A stretch of DNA of 12,706 bases, from positions 1 to 12,706 of the forward strand of contig JANRJP010000015.1 of assembly GCA_033763905.1 (NCBI GenBank). The letters run 5' to 3'. How positions within the stretch are numbered: position 1 is the stretch's first letter; every line of letters starts with the position of its first letter. Shown here one piece after another: positions 6,773 through 12,706 of the stretch. The notes under the pieces are model-generated. The model searched no databases and was not told the origin of the DNA. It worked only from the letters and a program-made list of their open reading frames with translations. The translations under genes were made by a program, and so were the position numbers. The stretch is from Gemmatimonadaceae bacterium (GTDB lineage Bacteria; Gemmatimonadota; Gemmatimonadetes; Gemmatimonadales; Gemmatimonadaceae).

Positions 6773-7853
6773 CCGCTGGTCGAACGGCCGCGCCAGCGAC
6801 GCTGCACATCTGCCTGCTGGCGCGCGAGTGCTACTCGCGATGACCGCGCTGTCGCTGCTGTCGACGTATGTGTTGCCACTGTGGGAAGTGCGGCTCATTG
6901 CCCCGCAGTACCCGGAAGGGCTTGGGATGCACATCCTGTTGCACACTGTGGTCGGGATACGGCCGGAGGATCTGGGGAATATCAATGGCCTCAATCATTA
7001 CATCGGGATGAAGGCCATTGAGCCCGACACTATCCCTGCGCTCAAGCTGATGCCTTGGGGTATGGCAGCACTCGTCGCTAGCGGTCTCGGGGCCGCCGCT
7101 TGGGGTCGTCGCGGGGGAGCTCGCGCGTGGGTTGTGCTCTTCAGTCTCTGCGCGATCGCCGGGCTCGTAGACTTCTGGAAGTGGGAGTACGACTACGGAC
7201 ACTCGCTGGACACGGAGAATGCGTCAATCGTGATTCCTGGGATGTCGTACCAGCCGCCGCTGATCGGGTCTAAGCAGCTGCTCAACTTTACCGCGACGTC
7301 GTGGCCAGCACCGGGCGGATGGATTGCGCTTGCCGCGCTCGCCCTGGCAGTCGGGGTCATCCTGGACGATGCCCGGCGGCGGCCAACCAAACTAGCGCCA
7401 CTGGCCGCGAGCCTTGGCGTGCTGGTGACCTTCGGTTGTGGTACGCCGGCGCCACGCGCAATCGTCGCGGGTGCCGACAGCTGTCAGCACTGCCGGATGA
7501 CGCTGGTTGACCCCAAGTTCGCCGCGCAAGTCGTGACAGCGACCGGGCAGCAGCACCTGTTCGACTCCATCGACTGCGGGCTTCGGTGGTGGCTGGCGCA
7601 GCCCGAGGAAGCACGGGGCGAGCTCTACCTGGCCGACTTCCGTGTCCCGGCGACGTGGGTGCCAGCGCAGGAGGCCGTCATTCTCGTCGACGGGCGAGTC
7701 AAGACACCGATGGGTCGAAGTGTCTTGGCCTTCTCGGCCGGCACCCCGACGGCTGGGTTGCTGCGTGAGTTCGGCGGCCAAGTTGTCGACTTCGAACAGC
7801 TTCAGAGCGACCCCGTGCGACATATGTCGCTGACGGCCAGGCACACCCACTGA
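6759..7853 (+). CDS. nosL: NosB-like membrane protein fused to a C-terminal NosL copper-chaperone domain
   Basis: The N-terminal ~200 aa has four hydrophobic segments and the motifs APQYPEGL, NGLNHYIGM, YDYGH and YQPPLIGSKQLLNF, typical of the membrane protein (NosB) that follows clade II nosZ. The C-terminal part has NosL motifs CQHCRM (7482-7499), FDSIDC and TPMG. The GTG start overlaps the nosZ end by 14 nt. Confidence 0.85.
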   Translation: MPSVDRWSNGRASDAAHLPAGARVLLAMTALSLLSTYVLPLWEVRLIAPQYPEGLGMHILLHTVVGIRPEDLGNINGLNHYIGMKAIEPDTIPALKLMPWGMAALVASGLGAAAWGRRGGARAWVVLFSLCAIAGLVDFWKWEYDYGHSLDTENASIVIPGMSYQPPLIGSKQLLNFTATSWPAPGGWIALAALALAVGVILDDARRRPTKLAPLAASLGVLVTFGCGTPAPRAIVAGADSCQHCRMTLVDPKFAAQVVTATGQQHLFDSIDCGLRWWLAQPEEARGELYLADFRVPATWVPAQEAVILVDGRVKTPMGRSVLAFSAGTPTAGLLREFGGQVVDFEQLQSDPVRHMSLTARHTH

Positions 7854-7865
7854 GCGCGACACGAC

Positions 7866-9149
7866 ATGATTGCACTCCTGGCAGTGAGTTCTTGGCTTGC
7901 AACGCTCGGTGTCCTGCGACCGCCGACCGCTACCGTGCGTTCCGTTGGCGGGGGGGCGATGGGCTACCCGAGCATCGCCTCCGCCATCGCCGCCGCGGCA
8001 CCAGGAGACACCGTGCGTATCGCCGCCGGGACATACATCGAACGGCTCGTCATCGACCGACCACTCACGCTTATCGGACGGGGAAATCCAATCATTGACG
8101 GTGGCGCGCGAGGCTCCGTGATCGAGGTCAGGGCCGACGACGTCAGCATCGAGGGACTTGTCGTGCAGAACACCGGCTTTGCGTACACCGATGACTACGC
8201 TGGGATTCATCTGGATCGAGTCCGGCGGTGCCGCATCATCAATAATCGGATTGCAAACACGCAGCTTGGCGTCCACGCAGACTCGACAAGTAGGTGTATC
8301 GTTCGCGGCAACACACTCGTGGGCAAGACCGGATCGCAGTCCATTGGCGGCAACGGGATTCACGCATGGAGTGCGGACTCGCTGGTTGTCGCGGGCAATA
8401 CCGTACGTGGCCACCGGGATGGCATCTACTTCGAGTTTGTTCGCTACGCGGAAGTGAGCGACAATCGCATCAGCGAGTCTGAGCGCTACGGCTTGCACTT
8501 CATGTATTCAAGCGACTGCCGATATCTCCGCAATCGCTTTCGCGGCAACACCAATGGAATCGCCGTGATGTACAGCCAACGTGTGCAGATCGTGTCCAAT
8601 CGCTTCGAGGGCGCGCAGGGCGGCTCGGCCTATGGCTTGCTGCTCAAAGAGATCAGCGACAGTGAAATCGAGCGGAACGTGTTCGACGGCAATTCGTCGG
8701 CGCTTATGCTCGATGCCGCCAACCGCAACGTGTTTCGGCGCAACCGTATCATACGCAACGGATGGGGCGTGCGGCTCTTGGCGAGCTCCACCGACAATCG
8801 CTTTGAACACAATGAGTTTGCCGGCAACGCCTTCGACGTATCCACCAACAGTCCGCGCCCGCAAGCCACATTCTCCGGCAACATCTGGGACCGCTATACG
8901 GGATACGACTTGGACCATGACGGCTTCGGTGACGTGCCGCATCGGCCCGTCACACTGTTCGCCTCCGTCGTTGAGCGGGTGCCTGCGACCGTCATCCTGC
9001 TCCGCTCACTGCTAGTCGATGTGCTGTCAGTGGCCGAACGCGCGCTCCCGTTGCTGACGCCCGACTTGCTGTACGACGATGCGCCACGAATGCGGGTTGG
9101 GCGCTCGTCATTGGCGGGCGATGCACTGGCGGGTACAACACCCCAATGA
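7866..9149 (+). CDS. nosD: Nitrous oxide reductase maturation protein NosD (periplasmic beta-helix)
   Basis: N-terminal hydrophobic signal and parallel beta-helix repeats. Motifs include GNGIHAW, RDGIYFEF, RYGLHFMYS...AVMYS (His/Met/Met copper site) and GYDLDHDGFGDVPHRP. Confidence 0.95.
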   Translation: MIALLAVSSWLATLGVLRPPTATVRSVGGGAMGYPSIASAIAAAAPGDTVRIAAGTYIERLVIDRPLTLIGRGNPIIDGGARGSVIEVRADDVSIEGLVVQNTGFAYTDDYAGIHLDRVRRCRIINNRIANTQLGVHADSTSRCIVRGNTLVGKTGSQSIGGNGIHAWSADSLVVAGNTVRGHRDGIYFEFVRYAEVSDNRISESERYGLHFMYSSDCRYLRNRFRGNTNGIAVMYSQRVQIVSNRFEGAQGGSAYGLLLKEISDSEIERNVFDGNSSALMLDAANRNVFRRNRIIRNGWGVRLLASSTDNRFEHNEFAGNAFDVSTNSPRPQATFSGNIWDRYTGYDLDHDGFGDVPHRPVTLFASVVERVPATVILLRSLLVDVLSVAERALPLLTPDLLYDDAPRMRVGRSSLAGDALAGTTPQ

Positions 9150-9868
9150 TTGTCGCGCGCGGTTTGGTCAAGGCATTTGGTAGTCGGATGGTGCTGGATC
9201 GCCTGGATTTCGAGGTCCCGGCGGGTAGCATCACGGCGTTCGTCGGACCCAACGGATCGGGCAAGACCACACTCAACAAGGCGCTGCTTGGTCTCGTGCG
9301 TTTGGATGCCGGACGTGTGACAATCAATGGCCAGCCCGTAAACGGTGACGTCGCGACGCGACGGCAGCTCGGATACATGCCGCAACGCGCGTGCTTTCCG
9401 GAACAGCTTGCCGGACACGAAGTGCTTGCCCTGCTCCGCAGTATTCGGGCAGCCGAAGCAGACTACGACGGCCGTGTCTGCAACGCCCTCGGACTGCACA
9501 GCTTCCTAGACAAGCCTGTGCGCGTCCTGAGTGGCGGTCAGCGTCAGCGACTCAGCGCCGCGTGTGCTCTGGTATTTCGGCCTGCCGCGTTGTTGCTCGA
9601 TGAGCCGACCGCCGGTTTGGACCCGCTGTCCGCGGCGGTCTTCAAGAACCTGGTGCGTGAGGCGCGCGACCGCGGAGCAGCAGTACTCGTCACGTCACAC
9701 ATCTTGAGCGAGGTCGCGGAGCTTGCTGATCGCGTCATCGTCCTCCTTGACGGCCGCGCTCGATTCGAAGGGAGCCTGGCGACGCTGGCCGCTCGTGATG
9801 CCGCAGGCTCACTGGAGGGCGCCGTGCTTGATCTGCTGGCCTCGAGCGCGACCGCGCCTGCCGCCTAA
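9146..9868 (+). CDS. nosF: ABC transporter ATP-binding protein NosF
   Basis: Walker A GPNGSGKTT, Q-loop YMPQ, signature LSGGQ, Walker B LLLDEP and H-loop TSH. ATGA overlap with nosD. Confidence 0.92.
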   Translation: MIVARGLVKAFGSRMVLDRLDFEVPAGSITAFVGPNGSGKTTLNKALLGLVRLDAGRVTINGQPVNGDVATRRQLGYMPQRACFPEQLAGHEVLALLRSIRAAEADYDGRVCNALGLHSFLDKPVRVLSGGQRQRLSAACALVFRPAALLLDEPTAGLDPLSAAVFKNLVREARDRGAAVLVTSHILSEVAELADRVIVLLDGRARFEGSLATLAARDAAGSLEGAVLDLLASSATAPAA

Positions 9869-10659
9869 TGCATCCCCTGCAGACGATCATCGCTCACCAA
9901 TGGCGCGACCTGAGCCGAAACCGCTGGATCCTGGGCTACACCGGCGGATTCCTGCTGATCACCGAGCTCCTGTTGCGGATAGGCGGCGGTGGGCCTCGAA
10001 TGTTTCTGTCGCTGCTCAACATTCTAATTGCGGTCGTGCCACTCGCTACCGGTATCTTTGCGACTGTGTATTGGTTCGGGGCGCGAGAGTTCAATGAGTT
10101 CTTGCTGGCGCAGCCTGTGGCGCGCGCGACACTCTTTCTTGGTCTCTATATCGGTCTGGTGGCGCCGCTCGCAGCGGCGGTAGGCGTGGGCATCGGGCTG
10201 CCGCTGTTGATAGAGCGAGCGCTGGACGCGACAACCGCGCCGCTGCTGCTTGGCTTCGCGCTGGCGGGTGTCGGGCTGACCGCCGTGTTCGCGTCCCTCG
10301 CGGTGCTGGTGTGCGTAGTACTCGATGATCGATTTCGCTCAGTCGGTGCAATGTTGCTGTTGTGGGCCGTGCTCACGATCGGCTGGGACGCCTTTGTGCT
10401 GCTCGCCGCGACCACGTTGAGCGATTGGCCCCTTGAGACGCCGCTGCTTGTGGCGACAGCGCTGAATCCAATCGACATCGCACGGGTGTCGCTGGTGCTC
10501 CAGCTCGATATCGCGGCAATGCTCGGGTATACCGGCGCGGTGTTTCAGCGTGCTTTTGGCGGCTGGGGTGGCATCAGCGCTGCCGCGGCCATTCTCTGCG
10601 TCTGGGCCGTTGCCCCGGCGCTCCTCGCACGGCGCGCATTCGAGCGCCGTGATTTCTGA
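9868..10659 (+). CDS. nosY: ABC transporter permease NosY
   Basis: About six hydrophobic helices, with motifs REFNEFLLAQPVAR, NPIDIAR and AAMLGYTGAVF. TAATG overlap with nosF. Confidence 0.9.
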   Translation: MHPLQTIIAHQWRDLSRNRWILGYTGGFLLITELLLRIGGGGPRMFLSLLNILIAVVPLATGIFATVYWFGAREFNEFLLAQPVARATLFLGLYIGLVAPLAAAVGVGIGLPLLIERALDATTAPLLLGFALAGVGLTAVFASLAVLVCVVLDDRFRSVGAMLLLWAVLTIGWDAFVLLAATTLSDWPLETPLLVATALNPIDIARVSLVLQLDIAAMLGYTGAVFQRAFGGWGGISAAAAILCVWAVAPALLARRAFERRDF

Positions 10660-10686
10660 CGTTCCACCTCACGACGCAACGAACCC

Positions 10687-11142
10687 ATGATGAACCGTAC
10701 TCACCTCCTGCTTCCCGCCGTCGCAATCTGCTTGCTCAGCGCATGTGCTGAGGAGAAGGCCGCCGACGAGGCGCCGGCGACTCCTGTGCCGACCTCGTCC
10801 CAGGCCGCAGCGCAGCCAGAGACCCCAGCTGCCGGTGGGAAAGTCGTCGTCATTGAAATGCTGACCGACGATGGAGGGAACAACGTCTTTCGGCCTGCAG
10901 AGTTCACCGTCAAGAAGGGAGACTTGGTGAAGTTCACGCTCGGCGGTGGGGTGCACAACGTTCACTTCCCGGCCGATTCCAACACGATCGCGGGTGCCAA
11001 GATGCCACCTGCCGGGCCGATGCTTCAGCTCCCCGGTACGTCAACGAACATCCTCGTGGATTTTCCGCCCGGGACGTACTTCTACCAGTGCGATCCGCAC
11101 GCCCTGTTGGGAATGGTAGGCCGAATGACGGTCGCACCGTGA
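10687..11142 (+). CDS. Plastocyanin/azurin-family type-1 (blue) copper lipoprotein
   Basis: Lipobox LSAC followed by a Pro/Ala-rich linker and a cupredoxin domain (FRPAEFTVKKGDLVKF). Ligands are His in VHNVHF and C-D-P-H-x4-M (YQCDPHALLGMVG). Confidence 0.9.
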   Translation: MMNRTHLLLPAVAICLLSACAEEKAADEAPATPVPTSSQAAAQPETPAAGGKVVVIEMLTDDGGNNVFRPAEFTVKKGDLVKFTLGGGVHNVHFPADSNTIAGAKMPPAGPMLQLPGTSTNILVDFPPGTYFYQCDPHALLGMVGRMTVAP

Positions 11143-11147
11143 GGAAA

Positions 11148-11834
11148 CTACCGTCGCGCGCTCCGGCCGGCCGCGGAGTCGGTGGGAGCACGCCAGACGG
11201 CACGCGCGAGGATCGGAAGGTCTCGTTCCCACGTCTCGGTGGACGTCGAGAACGGATACGCTAGGCGTAGCATCCCGTCGGGTGTCACGACGAGTACGTT
11301 AGCGGAGTGGCCGACATCCACAAAACCCGAGGTACTGTCCCGGGTAAAGGTCGGCGGTGGCAGGCGGTACGCGGTCAACACATGTGCGATTTGCTCGCGT
11401 GTGCCACCGAGTCCAACGAAGGTAGAATCGAAGTTGCTGAGCCAAGCGCGGATCGCCGGCAAAGAATCTCGATCGGGGTCGACCGAGATAAACACGACCC
11501 TGATACGCGCCCGCTCGTTAGCGGACCACGTTGACATCACGCGTGCGATCTTGGCGAAGTGGGTGGGGCAGACGTCTGGGCAACTCGTGTAGCCGAAGAA
11601 CAACAATGCGACTTTGCCGTCGCGCACCGAGGTGAACGACTGCATGGTGCCTGCGGTTGAGGCAAGGGTGAACTCTGGGGCGGCCCTGGGACGCGGGTAC
11701 TCCGCACCGCCCAGCCCTGACGAACCCTCGATCAACGTCAGCGTTGCTTCACCGCGACCACATCCGGCCAGCGAGGTACAGAGTGCGCCGAGACTGACCG
11801 CCCGTCGCCACGGCATCCGGTCTCGGAGAATCAT
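11148..11834 (-). CDS. SCO1/SenC family copper chaperone, lipoprotein
   Basis: 3' part of ORF 11148..12290. The likely start is ATG 11834 (ATGA overlap with the dinB-like stop) or ATG 11816. It has lipobox LAGC, FFGYTSCPDVCP (CxxxC), ISVDPDRD and the conserved His in VGHS. Confidence 0.92.
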   Translation of the reverse strand: MILRDRMPWRRAVSLGALCTSLAGCGRGEATLTLIEGSSGLGGAEYPRPRAAPEFTLASTAGTMQSFTSVRDGKVALLFFGYTSCPDVCPTHFAKIARVMSTWSANERARIRVVFISVDPDRDSLPAIRAWLSNFDSTFVGLGGTREQIAHVLTAYRLPPPTFTRDSTSGFVDVGHSANVLVVTPDGMLRLAYPFSTSTETWERDLPILARAVWRAPTDSAAGRSARR

Positions 11835-12382
11835 TTGCCAAATGCGGGATGCGCGACGATCTCTTCGATCTGTCGCACGTGCCGTTCCATATGGCCACCG
11901 AGGAACAGGAGCCATTGGATGCCGTCGATCTTTCCCACCGCCGGGTGCGGCGCGAGGTGCGCTTCCAACGCGTAGGTCGGCGCGTCGGCGAAGGCAATGA
12001 TGGACTGCCGTGATGTCGTGAGGTTGTCGAGCGCTTCCTGGCCGCTGGTGAAGCGGCCCTTGGGGTTCACGCGCTCTGGCGCATTGCGGCGCTCGTTCCG
12101 CGAGAGCATCCACGCGATGATCTTCTGATCGTAGGCATCGAGCGCCTCGATCGGACGCGCCGGTGCGGCTTCGGCTTCGGGGTGGGTGAAGCCATCGGTC
12201 AGGAAGCGCACCGTTCCGCGTTCGACGACGGCCAAGTGCTCGACGTTGTCGAGCACGCTCCACTGCTGATCGGTCGGCCGCCAGCTCCACTGCTCGGCGG
12301 ACAGCCCACCGACCGCGGCGAGCAAGTGCTGATGCGCATCGCGCAACAGGGCGCGGGCACGGTCCAAGCGAGTGCTGGTCAT
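11831..12382 (-). CDS. DinB/YfiT-family metal-binding protein
   Basis: Motifs WRP...WSVLDNVEHLA, HP..G and HMERHVRQ give the His triad typical of DinB_2 four-helix-bundle proteins. Confidence 0.88.
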   Translation of the reverse strand: MTSTRLDRARALLRDAHQHLLAAVGGLSAEQWSWRPTDQQWSVLDNVEHLAVVERGTVRFLTDGFTHPEAEAAPARPIEALDAYDQKIIAWMLSRNERRNAPERVNPKGRFTSGQEALDNLTTSRQSIIAFADAPTYALEAHLAPHPAVGKIDGIQWLLFLGGHMERHVRQIEEIVAHPAFGK

Positions 12383-12389
12383 TGGCGAC

Positions 12390-12706
12390 TCAGATGTGCA
12401 GGGCGCGGCCGGTGACCGCCAACGCGGCCTCCTTCACGGCTTCGCTCAGCGTGGGATGTGCGTGCACGGTAATGCCAATGTCCTCGCTGGACCCGCGATA
12501 CTCGAACGCGAGCACCACCTGCGAGATCATTTCGCTGACGTTCGGCCCAATGAGATGCGCGCCCAAGAGCTCGTCGGTCGCGGCATCGGCGATGAACTTC
12601 ACGAAGCCGGCGCTCTCGCCCATCGTGCGCGCGCGACCATTCGCGCTGAAGGGGAACTTGCCGACCTTGTACGCGCGACCGCTCGCCTTGACGTCGGCTT
12701 CGGTCA
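12390..12706 (-). CDS. lpdA: Dihydrolipoyl dehydrogenase, C-terminal fragment (begins beyond right edge)
   Basis: The frame is open to the window edge: TEADVKASGRAYKVGKFPFSANGRARTMGESAGFVK...HAHPTLSEAVKEAA, including the catalytic HPTxxE motif. Confidence 0.93.
   Translation of the reverse strand, partial: TEADVKASGRAYKVGKFPFSANGRARTMGESAGFVKFIADAATDELLGAHLIGPNVSEMISQVVLAFEYRGSSEDIGITVHAHPTLSEAVKEAALAVTGRALHI

Noticed and set aside
7482..7499. CQHCR as a heme c attachment site
   Set aside because: It is CxxC-R-M, not CxxCH, and matches the NosL metal-binding CxxCxM motif.
11835..12290. Long N-terminal extension of the Sco ORF (380-aa version)
   Set aside because: It overlaps the dinB-like gene in another frame. 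The lipoprotein signal and the ATGA coupling point to a start at 11834 or 11816.
1..12706. CRISPR arrays, tRNA/rRNA, IS elements or att sites
   Set aside because: No regularly spaced repeats, cloverleaf motifs, transposase or integrase ORFs, or terminal repeats were found by inspection. The intergenic gaps are short.

Overview
High-GC bacterial window; a Gemmatimonadota-like source is plausible but only inferred from overall gene style. Left to right it holds: the 5' end of a GMC oxidoreductase and its Tat-exported gluconate-2-dehydrogenase subunit-3-like partner (minus strand); trmL; a Tat-exported two-subunit IorAB-like molybdoenzyme; and a stand-alone GAF protein. Next is a compact clade II (non-Tat) nitrous oxide reductase cluster: nosZ, a nosB-nosL fusion, nosD, nosF, nosY and a lipoprotein blue-copper protein. 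It is met head-to-head by a minus-strand lpdA (partial)-dinB-like-sco run. The most interesting features are the NosB-NosL fusion with a vestigial internal signal/lipobox, and the lack of nosR, c-type cytochrome or NosG/NosH genes in the window. A membrane-tethered cupredoxin and a Sco chaperone flank the cluster instead, suggesting a copper-centred, membrane-anchored N2O-reduction module. The nosZ leader is rich in dyad symmetry. No rRNA, tRNA, CRISPR or mobile element was seen.
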